Shown: positions 10,085 to 20,771, counted from the stretch's first letter. The stretch is DNA of 64,000 nucleotides from a candidate division WOR-3 bacterium (GCA_024653355.1 JANLFQ010000001.1:576576-640575), one strand, 5' to 3'. Numbers and translations are program-made. Notes: a model not told the origin generated them from the letters alone.

Positions 10085-11041
10085 ATGGCAACGCGCCCGA
10101 AATACCGGAACCTTTTAAAGGCACTACTCTATCTCGCTCCGGCGCTGTTGATTTTACTTGTCTTCCGGATTTTCCCGATTTTTCTGTCGATTCGGATGAG
10201 CCTCTACGACTGGGGTATGGCAGGTCCACGCGCCTTTGTGGGATTGGGTAATTATATTGCGGTCCTCAAGGACCCGCTTTTCTGGAAGTCGCTGTTAAAC
10301 ACCGGTTGGTATGTGCTATTTGAAGTGCCGGCGACTCTGCTCCTTTCACTCTTTATTGCTTTACTACTCAATCAACGAATTCGGGGGTTGAGTATTTACC
10401 GAACTATCTATTACCTGCCAGTTGTTACTTCAATCGTGGCGGTGTCAGTAATCTGGAAATGGATTTTTCATCCGGACCGGGGAGTACTAAATTATCTCCT
10501 GTCGCTCATCGGCATCACTAATATCCGCTGGCTGCAAGACCCGAGGGGTCTATTTGAATTGATTTTCGGTTCGGCGGCAGCGCATTGGCCCTATGCTCTG
10601 CGTGGTCCATCAGTTGCCCTCTGTTCACTGGTTCTGATGGGTATCTGGAAGGCATTGGGTTACAACATCGTTATCTTTCTTGCTGGATTGCAAAACATCC
10701 CGCAAACTTATTATGAAGCAGCACGCATCGATGGCGCCTCGCGCTTCAAAACATTCTGGAAAATCACTCTGCCCCTGCTCTCGCCGACAACATATTATGT
10801 TTTAATTATGAGTTCAATCGCCGCCTTTGAAACCTTTGCCCAGGTTTGGATTATGACTGGACCCCCACCAGGTGGACCTCTTCATACCACCAAAGTGGTA
10901 ATGTACTACTTCTACGAAAACGCATTTGAACTGTGGCGCCTGGGCTACGGTGCGGCAATCGCTTTCATTGCTTTCCTTATCATCCTCGGTCTTACCATTT
11001 TACAAAGGGTGCTTTTGGAAAAGAGGGTCCATTATGGTTAA
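10085..11041 (+). CDS. carbohydrate ABC transporter permease (MalF/UgpA-like)
   Basis: FVGLGNY, LAGLQNIPQTYYEAARIDGA (EAA motif); start set at ATG 10085. Confidence 0.92.
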   Translation: MATRPKYRNLLKALLYLAPALLILLVFRIFPIFLSIRMSLYDWGMAGPRAFVGLGNYIAVLKDPLFWKSLLNTGWYVLFEVPATLLLSLFIALLLNQRIRGLSIYRTIYYLPVVTSIVAVSVIWKWIFHPDRGVLNYLLSLIGITNIRWLQDPRGLFELIFGSAAAHWPYALRGPSVALCSLVLMGIWKALGYNIVIFLAGLQNIPQTYYEAARIDGASRFKTFWKITLPLLSPTTYYVLIMSSIAAFETFAQVWIMTGPPPGGPLHTTKVVMYYFYENAFELWRLGYGAAIAFIAFLIILGLTILQRVLLEKRVHYG

Positions 11042-11852
11042 ACCTCGTAATCTGCCGGTGCATTTTCTGTTGATTCTGGGCAGCGGCGCAATGTTGTTAC
11101 CCTTTTTCTGGATGGTCAGCACCTCGCTCAAAACACCGCTTGAGGCATTAAAATTTCCGCCCACCTGGCTACCTTCGGTCTGGCAGATATCAAATTATGG
11201 AGAAGTGTTCCGGCAGATTCCTTTCTGGCGCTATCTTGCCAACACCGTGTTGATCGCTGCTGCCAGCCTGCTGGGAATATTTCTCACCGGCATACCCGCC
11301 GCCTACGCATTTGCCCGTTTTCGTTTTCCTGGTAGGGAAATCTTATTTATGGGCTTCCTTGCCCTAATGATGATTCCCCTGCCAGTTTACCTCGTCCCCT
11401 CTTATATGATTCTCTTCAAACTGGGTTGGATTGACACTTATGCAGCAATGATTGTGCCTTGGATTGTTAACATTTTTTCCATCTTCCTTCTGCGTCAGCA
11501 CATCAAGCAATTACCCCAGGATTTGTTTGATGCCGCCCGAATCGATGGCTGTTCCGAACTGTGGACACTATTACGCATCGTCCTGCCCCTATGCCGGGCA
11601 CCTCTTGCAACAATCGCGGTATTCAACATTATCTCATCCTGGAACTCGTTCTTCTGGCCCCTGATTGTTACCAATTCCGACCAGATTCGACCTCTCCAAG
11701 TGGGACTTGCCTACTTCTCACGGGAACAGTCCACGAACTACACACTTTTAATGGCGGCGACAACGATGGCGATAATTCCCTTAATTATCCTGTTCTTTGC
11801 CGCACAAAAGCAAATTATCCAATCCCAGGCTCGCGCCGGACTTAAAGAGTAA
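11034..11852 (+). CDS. carbohydrate ABC transporter permease (MalG/UgpE-like)
   Basis: LPQDLFDAARIDGC, WNSFFWPL; start at ATG 11034 overlapping upstream gene. Confidence 0.92.
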   Translation: MVKPRNLPVHFLLILGSGAMLLPFFWMVSTSLKTPLEALKFPPTWLPSVWQISNYGEVFRQIPFWRYLANTVLIAAASLLGIFLTGIPAAYAFARFRFPGREILFMGFLALMMIPLPVYLVPSYMILFKLGWIDTYAAMIVPWIVNIFSIFLLRQHIKQLPQDLFDAARIDGCSELWTLLRIVLPLCRAPLATIAVFNIISSWNSFFWPLIVTNSDQIRPLQVGLAYFSREQSTNYTLLMAATTMAIIPLIILFFAAQKQIIQSQARAGLKE

Positions 11853-11855
11853 ATG

Positions 11856-11883
11856 TTGACAAACTCTGCCTATTTGCTACTCT
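11856..11883 (+). promoter_or_regulatory. sigma70-type promoter for small ORF
   Basis: TTGACA-N16-TACTCT with extended TG. Confidence 0.65.
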
Positions 11884-11910
11884 AATTCTGATTAACGAAA
11901 GGGCTTAATT

Positions 11911-12078
11911 ATGACTTTCCATATTTACCTTGAAGGAACGCCGGTGTATCGTGTCAACATCATCGCCGAGAAAATTGTTGATGAGGGTGCCAACTACGCC
12001 CTCTACGATGAAAAGGGCGTCAAGGTTGCCGAATTTAAAAAGGAGAAAGTTTTAGGTTACGATGTAAGCGAATATTAA
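11911..12078 (+). CDS. small hypothetical protein (55 aa), absent from ORF track
   Basis: MTFHIYLEGTPVYRVNIIAEKIVDEGANYALYDEKGVKVAEFKKEKVLGYDVSEY; own promoter, purine-rich GAAAGGG upstream; fills the gap to the convergent xseB stop. Confidence 0.75.
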   Translation: MTFHIYLEGTPVYRVNIIAEKIVDEGANYALYDEKGVKVAEFKKEKVLGYDVSEY

Positions 12079-12323
12079 TCCTCAGCCTTAAACGGCTCCT
12101 CGGTAAAAACCCCTTCCTTTTCTTTAATCAACTTCGACACCTTCAATTCCGCTGCAGCGAGTTTTTCCTTGCACAACCGGGCAAGTTTAACACCACGCTC
12201 AAAAAGTTCCAGCGACTTTTCGAGACTTAAACTCCCGGCTTCAAGCTCCTTTACGATTTTCTCCAGTTCGGTAAGCGCCTGCTCAAAATCGATTGATTCA
12301 ACATCACTGTTTTTACCCGCCAC
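12075..12323 (-). CDS. xseB: exodeoxyribonuclease VII small subunit
   Basis: FEQALTELEKIVKELEAGSLSLEKSLELFERG. Confidence 0.96.
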   Translation of the reverse strand: MAGKNSDVESIDFEQALTELEKIVKELEAGSLSLEKSLELFERGVKLARLCKEKLAAAELKVSKLIKEKEGVFTEEPFKAED

Positions 12324-13674
12324 CTTTCACTCCTTTCATTTTATCTCTTACCTGGCAGTCCAACCTGCCATCGGCAATCCGCACCACGACTTCATCACCC
12401 AACCGGACATTATCAATGCTCACAACAACCCTACCATCCGGTTTCTGGCAGATGGCATAACCCCGGGCAAGTTGGGCAAGGGGACTGAGGGCATCAAGGC
12501 TTGCTGCTGCCTTTGTCAACCGGGCATCGATTTTGTTTTTCGCATTAATAAACCCCTTCTCCAGTCTTGAAGAAAATGTTTCCAGCAATACCCGCCAGTG
12601 CATCACCCGAGCCACCGGATTTTGGCGATTTAACCGTTCAACCACTGAGTTCAGTTTCTGATAGCCCAGGTTAACCTTTTGGTTCAACGCCCGGTTCAAC
12701 ATCTCACCAAGCAGTTCAGTCTGATATCGAGCTTCACTTAACCGCCGGTAGACATTTTCAAAACCGCGATGTTTTATCAAGGTATCGACCGCTCGCTCCT
12801 GCTCGAAAATAAACTCCTGGACACTTTGTTTCATCTCAACCCACAAATCATCCAGGCGCTTTTCGAACTCTTCCCAGCCCCGTGCCACCAAAGTAGCGGC
12901 AGCGGTTGGAGTCGCCGCTCGGACATCGGCAACAAAATCGGCGATTGTCCAGTCAACCTCATGGCCAATCCCGGTAACCACTGGTACCCGGGAACTGGCA
13001 ATCGCCCGGGCAACAACCTCCTCGTTAAAGGGCCAGAGGTCTTCCCAGGAGCCACCACCCCGGCCGATAATAAGCAACTCGACATTCTCAAGTGTGTTCA
13101 TCTCCCAAATCGCCCGGGCAATCTGTTCCGCGGCACCTTCACCCTGAACCTGAACCGGGTAAATAAGCACTTTCAAATGGGCACGGTGCAACTGCAAGGT
13201 TCTCAACATATCGTGAATCGCGGCACCGGCAGTGGAGGTAATAATACCGATGGTTTGGGGTAACTTGGGAAGCGGCCGCTTTCTTTCGGGTTTAAACAGT
13301 CCTTCCCTTTCCAGTTTCCGCTTCAACTCCTCAAACGCCCTTTGCAGGGCGCCCAATCCCTTCGGTTCAATCGTGTCAAGAATCAACTGATACCTGCCAT
13401 TGGGGACATAAACCTCCACTCGACCATGACCGATAATGAGGTCGCCATCCTTCAACTGAAACTTCAACCGCTGTGCCGCTTCGCGAAAACATACCGCTGG
13501 GATTTGCGACCTTTCATCCTTTAAAGCAAAATAGAGATGACCCGAAGGATAAGCCTTAAAATTGGAAACTTCGCCTACCACCCAGATGTCAGAAAAGTCC
13601 GACCTTAGCCGGTCGTCAACCATCTTGTTAATCTGATAGACCGTATAAATCTTATTTGCCGGTACCGCTGCCAT
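12313..13674 (-). CDS. xseA: exodeoxyribonuclease VII large subunit
   Basis: GEVSNF..SGHLYF.LKD, RGGGSWEDLWPFNEE, GHEVD, TPTAAA. Confidence 0.97.
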   Translation of the reverse strand: MAAVPANKIYTVYQINKMVDDRLRSDFSDIWVVGEVSNFKAYPSGHLYFALKDERSQIPAVCFREAAQRLKFQLKDGDLIIGHGRVEVYVPNGRYQLILDTIEPKGLGALQRAFEELKRKLEREGLFKPERKRPLPKLPQTIGIITSTAGAAIHDMLRTLQLHRAHLKVLIYPVQVQGEGAAEQIARAIWEMNTLENVELLIIGRGGGSWEDLWPFNEEVVARAIASSRVPVVTGIGHEVDWTIADFVADVRAATPTAAATLVARGWEEFEKRLDDLWVEMKQSVQEFIFEQERAVDTLIKHRGFENVYRRLSEARYQTELLGEMLNRALNQKVNLGYQKLNSVVERLNRQNPVARVMHWRVLLETFSSRLEKGFINAKNKIDARLTKAAASLDALSPLAQLARGYAICQKPDGRVVVSIDNVRLGDEVVVRIADGRLDCQVRDKMKGVKGGG

Positions 13675-13742
13675 CGCGCCTTTTTAATTGATCAACATCT
13701 GACCGCTGTGATTCTTTACCTCACTTCTGAACAATAACGCCC

Positions 13743-14600
13743 CTACTTGCCACCGTACTCGTAAAATCCCTTTCCGGTCTTTCGGCCCAGAAATCCGGCG
13801 GCGACCATCCGTTTAAGTAATGGGCAGGGTCGATATTTCGGATCCCCTAAATCCTCATACAGTACCTCAAGAATCGCCAGGACGACATCCAGCCCGATTA
13901 AATCGGCGAGTGCCAGCGGTCCCATCGGGTGATTCATCCCTAACTTCATCACGGTATCAATGGCTTCTTTGTCGGCGACGCCGGTTTCCAGACAGAAAAT
14001 CGCTTCGTTGATCATCGGCATCAGTACCCGGTTTGAAACAAAACCGGGCGAATCGTTCACCACGACCGGTGTTTTGCCCAATTCCTTAGCCAGGGCGACA
14101 ATCTCGTCAATCACATTGGCAGCGGTTGCTAACCCGCGCACCACTTCAACCAACTGCATCAAGGGCACCGGATTCATAAAGTGCATCCCGACAACCTTTT
14201 CGGGCCGTTTGGTTGCCGCGCCCAGCAGTGTCACGGAAATTGTCGAGGTGTTAGTAGCAAGCATCGTCTCAGGCGAACAGACCGCATCAAGTTTCCGGAA
14301 CAGTTCCTGCTTCAATTTCACATCCTCAGTGACCGCTTCCACCACCAGACCGCAGCCCTGACAGGCTTCAACATTCAAATTGGAGCTGATACGCGCTTGG
14401 GCCGCGGCCGCAACTTCAGCCGTCATCTTACCCTTCTCAACCAGTTTATCCAGCGACTTTTTAATCGTTGCCACTCCCCGGTCCAGAAACCGCTGGTCAA
14501 CATCAACCAGCACAACATCGTAACCCGCCATTGCAAACACCTGGGCGATACCCGAACCCATTGTGCCCGCACCAATGACACCAACTTTACGACTCTGCAT
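13743..14600 (-). CDS. hbd: 3-hydroxybutyryl-CoA dehydrogenase
   Basis: [39 protein letters not shown]. Confidence 0.95.
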   Translation of the reverse strand: MQSRKVGVIGAGTMGSGIAQVFAMAGYDVVLVDVDQRFLDRGVATIKKSLDKLVEKGKMTAEVAAAAQARISSNLNVEACQGCGLVVEAVTEDVKLKQELFRKLDAVCSPETMLATNTSTISVTLLGAATKRPEKVVGMHFMNPVPLMQLVEVVRGLATAANVIDEIVALAKELGKTPVVVNDSPGFVSNRVLMPMINEAIFCLETGVADKEAIDTVMKLGMNHPMGPLALADLIGLDVVLAILEVLYEDLGDPKYRPCPLLKRMVAAGFLGRKTGKGFYEYGGK

Positions 14601-14648
14601 ATTTGCTCCTTTCTTTTTTATAAAAAGTTAGGTGCCCGAAATTAAAAG

Positions 14649-15251
14649 TCAATTAATACCCCGCCAGCGGGCTATTAAATCCATCAACCGCCGGCCATTC
14701 TCCGGTGTAAACCGAAACCTTCCATCGGGCAGCAACTCATCCACCGCCTCTGGCTCTTCTTTCTTGAGCCATTGCCAGAAAGCCACTCCTCTACCCGTCA
14801 ATAATATCACAACAGTTTGGTCCGGCTCAACAACCAGTTTATCAATCTTGCCCTCGTCAATAACAAATGTCGCCTTGTAAATCATCGGTTCAACTCCCAC
14901 CAAGTGCAACCAGTTATTTGTCTCCTCTAAACGACAGAAGATAGTATCGCCCTCCACTGCCGGTTCAGACATCGATAGCCTTACATCAACCGTGCGGGCG
15001 TAACCTAAAAAGTCCTTTATCTCCTTTCTACCTCGTGCCATTACTCCCAAACCCTTAACCTCTAATGACCCATTTGCTGTCCAGAGTCTGAGCAGCCGGT
15101 GCTCGCTTTGCCGTCCGACTCCATAAACAAAGGTTCGAACCAAGCCCAGTTCGCTGCCACGCCGCTTTTGCCCTTCCTGAAGAAAAACCGGCGCACACCC
15201 AAATTCCCAGCATAAAATTCCAACAATTAAGAACAAAACCTTGCGGACCAT
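14649..15251 (-). CDS. exported hypothetical protein, possible lipoprotein with SnoaL/NTF2-like fold
   Basis: Start at ATG 15251 (MVRKVLFLIVGILCWEFGC) after promoter 15287-15260; ARGRKEIKDF and VEGDTIFCR resemble NTF2-like patterns. Confidence 0.5.
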   Translation of the reverse strand: MVRKVLFLIVGILCWEFGCAPVFLQEGQKRRGSELGLVRTFVYGVGRQSEHRLLRLWTANGSLEVKGLGVMARGRKEIKDFLGYARTVDVRLSMSEPAVEGDTIFCRLEETNNWLHLVGVEPMIYKATFVIDEGKIDKLVVEPDQTVVILLTGRGVAFWQWLKKEEPEAVDELLPDGRFRFTPENGRRLMDLIARWRGIN

Positions 15252-15331
15252 CACTGTTAGTTCTATCAACACAATGTCACCTGTCAACATCGCATCAATC
15301 TTCATTGAGCCCGAAACCCGTCACTCCAAGT

Positions 15332-15359
15332 TTGACTATCCAAGCTTAACCGCTATCCT
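15332..15359 (+). promoter_or_regulatory. sigma70-type promoter, leaderless purQ
   Basis: TTGACT-N16-TATCCT-N8-ATG. Confidence 0.65.
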
Positions 15360-15367
15360 TACCATCT

Positions 15368-16147
15368 ATGGTAAAAGTCTGCGTCCTGTTTGCCGCGGGA
15401 ATAAACTGCGACCAGGAAACGGCGTATGCGTTTGAACTTGCCGGTGCGGACACCGAAACCGTGCACATCAATCGGTTAAAAGAAAAACCCCATTTACTTG
15501 ACCGCTACCAGGTTTTTGTCATCCCTGGGGGGTTTTCGTACGGCGACTACATCGCTTCGGGTCGTGTCCTGGCAAATGAGTTAAAACATCACCTTGCCGA
15601 AGAGGTTTGCCGTTTCTTAGAAAAGGGCAAACTTATCCTGGGCATCTGTAACGGTTTCCAGGTGCTGGTCAAATCCGGGCTCCTGCCGGGCTTTGAAAAG
15701 CCGTTTGAACCCCAGACCGTAACGCTTGACACCAACGATTCCGCCCGTTATGAAGACCGCTGGGTATATCTCAAAACCGAGCATTCACCCTGCGTGTTCA
15801 CATCAAACCTGCCCGAAATCGTCTACTTGCCCGTTGCCCATGCCGAAGGCAAGTTCATTCCCGGTTCTCATCAGGTACTCAAACAGTTGAAAGGTAACAA
15901 CCAGATTGTATTCCGCTATGTCACCGTAGGTGGTCAAGAAGCAAAGTATCCTGATAACCCAAATGGCTCGGTGGAAGGAATCGCCGGCATCTGCGACCCG
16001 ACCGGTCGGATTTTTGGTCTAATGCCCCATCCCGAACGTTACATCAGGATTGAACACCATCCCCGCTGGCATCGGGAAAGTTTGACAAAACCGGACGGAA
16101 TCGCCATATTTGAAAATGCGGTGCAATATGTCAAAAAGAACCTCTAA
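15368..16147 (+). CDS. purQ: phosphoribosylformylglycinamidine synthase glutaminase subunit
   Basis: GINCD.E, PGGFSYGD, GICNGFQ, AHAEG, NPNGS, MPHPER. Confidence 0.96.
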   Translation: MVKVCVLFAAGINCDQETAYAFELAGADTETVHINRLKEKPHLLDRYQVFVIPGGFSYGDYIASGRVLANELKHHLAEEVCRFLEKGKLILGICNGFQVLVKSGLLPGFEKPFEPQTVTLDTNDSARYEDRWVYLKTEHSPCVFTSNLPEIVYLPVAHAEGKFIPGSHQVLKQLKGNNQIVFRYVTVGGQEAKYPDNPNGSVEGIAGICDPTGRIFGLMPHPERYIRIEHHPRWHRESLTKPDGIAIFENAVQYVKKNL

Positions 16148-16463
16148 ACAAACCGCCCCGACAAGAATCAGTGACCATCCGATTCTGAAATTCGAGCGGG
16201 GGCGAGAGATAACTTTCTATTTTGAAGGCAAACCCATGAAAGGTTACGAGGGCGAAACAATTGCCGCTGCCCTTGTTGCCAATGGAGTCAAACTGTTTCG
16301 ATACAGCGAAAAACACAATCGGGCGCGGGGATTTTTCTGCGCCGTTGGCAAATGCTCCTCCTGCTTAATGGTTGTTGACGGCAAACCCAATACAATGGTC
16401 TGCATGGAACCCCTGCGCGCCGGGGTAACTGTTGAACGGCAACGCGGCAGAGGAAAAATATGA
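16128..16463 (+). CDS. 2Fe-2S protein, sarcosine oxidase/proline dehydrogenase-associated type
   Basis: GETIAAAL, RGFFCAVGKCSSCLMVVDG..NTMVC. Confidence 0.88.
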   Translation: MSKRTSKQTAPTRISDHPILKFERGREITFYFEGKPMKGYEGETIAAALVANGVKLFRYSEKHNRARGFFCAVGKCSSCLMVVDGKPNTMVCMEPLRAGVTVERQRGRGKI

Positions 16464-17554
16464 GTAACATCAAAGATGGCGGCATTGTAATTGTCGGCGG
16501 TGGTCCCGCCGGGCTTTCCGCCGCAATCATTGCGGCGCAACTGGGCGCACCGGTCACTTTAATTGACGACAACCCGCGCCTTGGCGGCCAACTGATTAAA
16601 CAGACCCACAAATTCTTTGGTTCCAAAAGCCACTACTGCGGCACCAGGGGAGTGGACATCGCCACCATTCTGGAACAGCAAATTTACTCAACACCAGCAA
16701 AAGTCATCCTCAACACAACTGTAATCGGCCACTTTTCACCCAACATCCTTGGGCTCGCCGACCGTAACACCTTTACCAAACTTGCCTACCAGCGTTTAAT
16801 CGTTGCAACCGGTGCCAGTGAAAACACCATCCTGTTCGAAAACAACGACCTGCCGGGAATTTACGGTGCGGGTGCGGTCCAGACCCTAATGAATGTGTTT
16901 GGCATCAGGCCGGGTAACAAAGTTTTAATGGTCGGCTCAGGAAACATAGGCCTAATCGTCTCCTATCAACTGATTCAGGCCGGTATCAATGTGGTGGCAG
17001 TAATTGAAGCGCTTCCTAAGATTGGGGGCTATCATGTTCATGCGGCAAAACTTGCCCGTTTGGGCATCCCGATACTCACCTCGCACACAATCAAAGCGGC
17101 GTTGGGTAAGGAGTTTGTGACCGGTGCGGTCATCTGTCGGGTTGATAAAAATTTCAAACCCATCAAAGGAACCGAAAAAAGATTAAAGGTGGACACGATT
17201 TGCCTCGCCGTCGGCTTATCACCATTAGTAGAGCTCCTGTCCCAGATTGGCTGCCAGATGGTATTTATTCCGGAACTGGGTGGTCAGGTTGCCTACCACA
17301 ACGAGAATATGGAAACGACCGTTTCCGGAGTGTATGTTGCCGGTGATGCCAGCGGGGTTGAAGAAGCGTCAACCGCAATGCTTGAAGGGCGAATTGCCGG
17401 TGCCCATGCTGCCGGCAATTTACTCGGTAAAACTGCCGAAGCGCAAGCCATCATAAATCAGGCAAAGTTGGAGCTCGCTGCCATCCGCCAGGGTCCCTTT
17501 GGGGAAAAGGCGGCAAAGGGCAAAGAAAAGATGAGTTACACCGTCCGCCAATAA
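16460..17554 (+). CDS. FAD/NAD(P)-dependent oxidoreductase, sarcosine oxidase/proline dehydrogenase alpha-like
   Basis: GGGPAGL, GGQLIKQTHKFFG, ATGASE, GSGNIG, AGDASGVEEA. Confidence 0.85.
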   Translation: MSNIKDGGIVIVGGGPAGLSAAIIAAQLGAPVTLIDDNPRLGGQLIKQTHKFFGSKSHYCGTRGVDIATILEQQIYSTPAKVILNTTVIGHFSPNILGLADRNTFTKLAYQRLIVATGASENTILFENNDLPGIYGAGAVQTLMNVFGIRPGNKVLMVGSGNIGLIVSYQLIQAGINVVAVIEALPKIGGYHVHAAKLARLGIPILTSHTIKAALGKEFVTGAVICRVDKNFKPIKGTEKRLKVDTICLAVGLSPLVELLSQIGCQMVFIPELGGQVAYHNENMETTVSGVYVAGDASGVEEASTAMLEGRIAGAHAAGNLLGKTAEAQAIINQAKLELAAIRQGPFGEKAAKGKEKMSYTVRQ

Positions 17555-17565
17555 ACTGCCCCGGA

Positions 17566-19911
17566 ATGAAAACCAAAATCAAAAAGACTGACACCGGTCC
17601 CGGACCAGAAAATCGGTTTGTTCCGGCACTTCCCTATCTCTTACTTGCCGGTGCAACCGTTTTATTTTTCTGGGAAATTTTAACCCAACAGAACTTCCTC
17701 TGGGAGGATATCCTCTATCAATACTACCCCTTCCACTCCTTCCTTTTTAGAAATCTGCGTCAGTTTCATCTTCCCCTCTGGAACCCATATATGTTTGCTG
17801 GTATGCCGTTTCTTGCCGACATCCAGACTCAGGTTTTTTACCCGCTCAACTGGCTTTTTGCCTTTATCACCCGCTCAGACCAGAACTATGTGTTCTGGCT
17901 CGTCGAACTGAAATGCATCCTCCATCTATTTCTCGGCGCCCTGGGTTTTTATCTTCTGATGCGGGAGTTAAAGCTCTCCCGATATTCGGGTATCATTGCG
18001 GGCATCACCTTCGGCTTCTCCGGATTTATGATTAGCCACATAATCCACCTTACCATCATCAGCACCTTTGGCTGGTTCCCGCTCATCCTGTTATTTTTTT
18101 ATCGGACCCTGTGCCAGCGCCGATTACGCGATGCCAGCGCCACCGCGCTTACTCTCGGACTTGCCAATCTCGCGGGCCATCCTCAAATGACCCTTCATAT
18201 CGTCTATGCCCTCTTCTTTCTCTTTATCCTCTACCTGATTTTCCACTGGCACAGTGAACGCGCCCGGATATTAAAAACCCACATCCCGCTTTTTCTCTTG
18301 ACAATTTTCCTTGGTTTTGCCCTCTCCGCAGCCGCCTACCTTCCGGCATATCGTTATTCCATTCATACCGTTCGGGAAATGATGTCCTACCCCGAAGCGA
18401 CCGAAACATCCCTACCACCCTGGTTCCTCATCACCATCCTCATCCCCAAATTTTTTGGTAGCGTTGCGGGCGGCGTTGAAGAAAACGCTCCTTTCTGGGT
18501 TGACCCGGCACGCTACACCTACTGGGAGACCTGCCTCTATGTTGGAATTGTACCCCTCCTGCTTGCCGGTATCGGAATTGTCTTCAGCCGCAACAAAATC
18601 CGCTGGCAATTTCTCATTTTGGGCATTGTCGCGCTGCTTTTTGCGTTGGGAAGGTTTACACCGCTCTACCGCCTGGCTTTCAACCTTCTGCCCGGTTTTG
18701 ACCGGTTCCGAATTCCGGCACGGTTTGTTGACCTGTTCACGGTCGCAATTGCCTTTCTCTCCGGACTGGGCATGGAGGTTCTAATCAAATCCCAGCCCAA
18801 ATTAGACCCTAAATCAAAAACCGGGCGGTATCGGCTCCTGCTCCCGGGATTAACTGTCCTCGCTTACGGAGGAGTAATTTTATTGCTCCTCATCACCGGC
18901 TTACTGGAGAAAACTTTTCCCCCTCTTCACGACCCACACCTGTTTCGCAACAGCCTGACCCAAACCGGTATTATGTTCGGATTCCTCATCAGTGGACTCC
19001 TGCTCATCTTCCTTGCAATAAATGCGCCCAAATACCGCCCTTTATTTCTCAGTCTGCTCCTCGGTGTTGCCTTCCTCGACCTTTATACATTTGGTCATCG
19101 CTTCAGCCTGGGAACAACTCCGCCCGAAGAGTTTTATCCCCCCCGCCCCTTTATCAATACACTTATCGAAGAGCATAAAAAAGAACCTTTCCGCATCAAC
19201 GCCCGCAGCGGTCCTTATATGCTCCTGCAACGCAATGAAGGTTTAATCTGGGAACTGGAACTACTTGAAGGTTACACACCGTTAAAACTAACCGACTATG
19301 TCACCTTTGAAATTCCAATTAAGCGCCGCAACGACCTGTTGAATGTCCGTTACGGGATTCACATTGACTCGGTTCGGGGAACAATGACCCTAATCCAGAA
19401 TCAAACCCCGTTACCCCGTTACTGGCTTGCCGACTCTTTTATTGTCATCACCGACCGGGCAGCAATCCTTAATCGCCTTGCCGACACCACCTTTGACTAC
19501 CGCCGGATTGCAATCCTTGAAGAAAAGCCCGCTTTGAATTTTGAACAACCATCCCCGCCCAGCCCTAATCGCGCTACCAACTCCACCCCGCAGGGCGGAA
19601 TCACGGTAATAAAACGCACCGCCGAGCAAATCGAACTTACAGTTGAAACCGACAAACCGGCAATCCTGATGTTTTCAGAAATCTACTATCCAGAGTGGAA
19701 GGCAACAGTTGATGGTAAACGAGCAAAATTGATGCGCGCTGATTACTGCCTGCGTGCCCTGCCCTTATCTGCGGGCAAGCATAAAGTTGTCACCTGGTAT
19801 GACCGCACCGCTATCAACCTCGGCATTTTAATCAGCAAACTCGCCTTCCTTGCAATCGTCCTCATTTTCTTTCTTACGCGCGCCGCTTCAAATCTTCGTC
19901 AACGCAAGTAA
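17566..19911 (+). CDS. YfhO family multi-pass membrane glycosyltransferase (GT-C-like)
   Basis: LPLWNPYMFAGMPFLAD...YPL, RFRIPAR, YYPEWKATVDG, GKHKV. Confidence 0.85.
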   Translation: MKTKIKKTDTGPGPENRFVPALPYLLLAGATVLFFWEILTQQNFLWEDILYQYYPFHSFLFRNLRQFHLPLWNPYMFAGMPFLADIQTQVFYPLNWLFAFITRSDQNYVFWLVELKCILHLFLGALGFYLLMRELKLSRYSGIIAGITFGFSGFMISHIIHLTIISTFGWFPLILLFFYRTLCQRRLRDASATALTLGLANLAGHPQMTLHIVYALFFLFILYLIFHWHSERARILKTHIPLFLLTIFLGFALSAAAYLPAYRYSIHTVREMMSYPEATETSLPPWFLITILIPKFFGSVAGGVEENAPFWVDPARYTYWETCLYVGIVPLLLAGIGIVFSRNKIRWQFLILGIVALLFALGRFTPLYRLAFNLLPGFDRFRIPARFVDLFTVAIAFLSGLGMEVLIKSQPKLDPKSKTGRYRLLLPGLTVLAYGGVILLLLITGLLEKTFPPLHDPHLFRNSLTQTGIMFGFLISGLLLIFLAINAPKYRPLFLSLLLGVAFLDLYTFGHRFSLGTTPPEEFYPPRPFINTLIEEHKKEPFRINARSGPYMLLQRNEGLIWELELLEGYTPLKLTDYVTFEIPIKRRNDLLNVRYGIHIDSVRGTMTLIQNQTPLPRYWLADSFIVITDRAAILNRLADTTFDYRRIAILEEKPALNFEQPSPPSPNRATNSTPQGGITVIKRTAEQIELTVETDKPAILMFSEIYYPEWKATVDGKRAKLMRADYCLRALPLSAGKHKVVTWYDRTAINLGILISKLAFLAIVLIFFLTRAASNLRQRK

Positions 19912-20771
19912 AGTACCGCTACAACACTCAACAACCACAAAACAATGTCGATGATCAACGGCACATCGGTAAACAAAACCTTTTCCGGTGCGCCGCCCTC
20001 CTCTTTGCGATAAACCAAGTACAGATAGCGATAAATGCCGTAAAGGACAAACGGGACAGTTAGAATCAGGTTGTGGGTTTTAAATTTATGCACCGTCTCT
20101 GGTGCAATCGTATAAAGGCAGTAGGCGATAACGGTTGAAGATGTCGCCACCGCAATCATCTGGTCTAAAAGCGTCTCCGAATACTTTCCCAGCACACTCC
20201 GATGAGAAATCCCCCCGCCTTCAAGGTAGAGCAGTTCATGGCGCCGCTTTGCCAGCGCCAGAAAAAGGGCAAGGAGAATAGCACAGACAAAAAGCCAGGG
20301 TGAAATCTGGACCTGAACCAGAAATGTACCGGAAATCGCCCGAATCGCAAAACCGGTCGCCACCACCATCACATCGAGGACCACAATTTTCTTCAGGTAC
20401 AAAGAATATGCCAGTTGCAAAATGAAATAACTTAAAATCAACAGGCCAAAGCGCAATGTCAAAACAAACCCACCGCCAATCCCCAGTACCACGGCAAGAA
20501 CCGCCGCAATACCGGCGGTCCCAACATTTATCTCGCCCGCGGCGATGGGCCGGAACTTTTTCTTGGGATGGGAACGGTCATTCTCCCGGTCCAGAATGTC
20601 GTTGATGATATAAACTGCGCCCGAAACCAAACAGAAGGCGATGAATCCGGCAAATGTTTCCAATAACTTTATCGCATTGAATAGATTCTGGGAAAAGATT
20701 AACGGTGCAAAGACCAGAAGGTTCTTGACCCACTGTTTGGGCCGCATTGACCTTACAATTGCCCACAACAT
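19899..20771 (-). CDS. UbiA family decaprenyl-phosphate phosphoribosyltransferase
   Basis: RPKQWVKNLLVF, YIINDILDRENDRSHPKK..RPIAAG, KRRHE; start at ATG 20771 after promoter TTGACA-N16-TAAAAC (20807-20780). Confidence 0.9.
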   Translation of the reverse strand: MLWAIVRSMRPKQWVKNLLVFAPLIFSQNLFNAIKLLETFAGFIAFCLVSGAVYIINDILDRENDRSHPKKKFRPIAAGEINVGTAGIAAVLAVVLGIGGGFVLTLRFGLLILSYFILQLAYSLYLKKIVVLDVMVVATGFAIRAISGTFLVQVQISPWLFVCAILLALFLALAKRRHELLYLEGGGISHRSVLGKYSETLLDQMIAVATSSTVIAYCLYTIAPETVHKFKTHNLILTVPFVLYGIYRYLYLVYRKEEGGAPEKVLFTDVPLIIDIVLWLLSVVAVLYLR

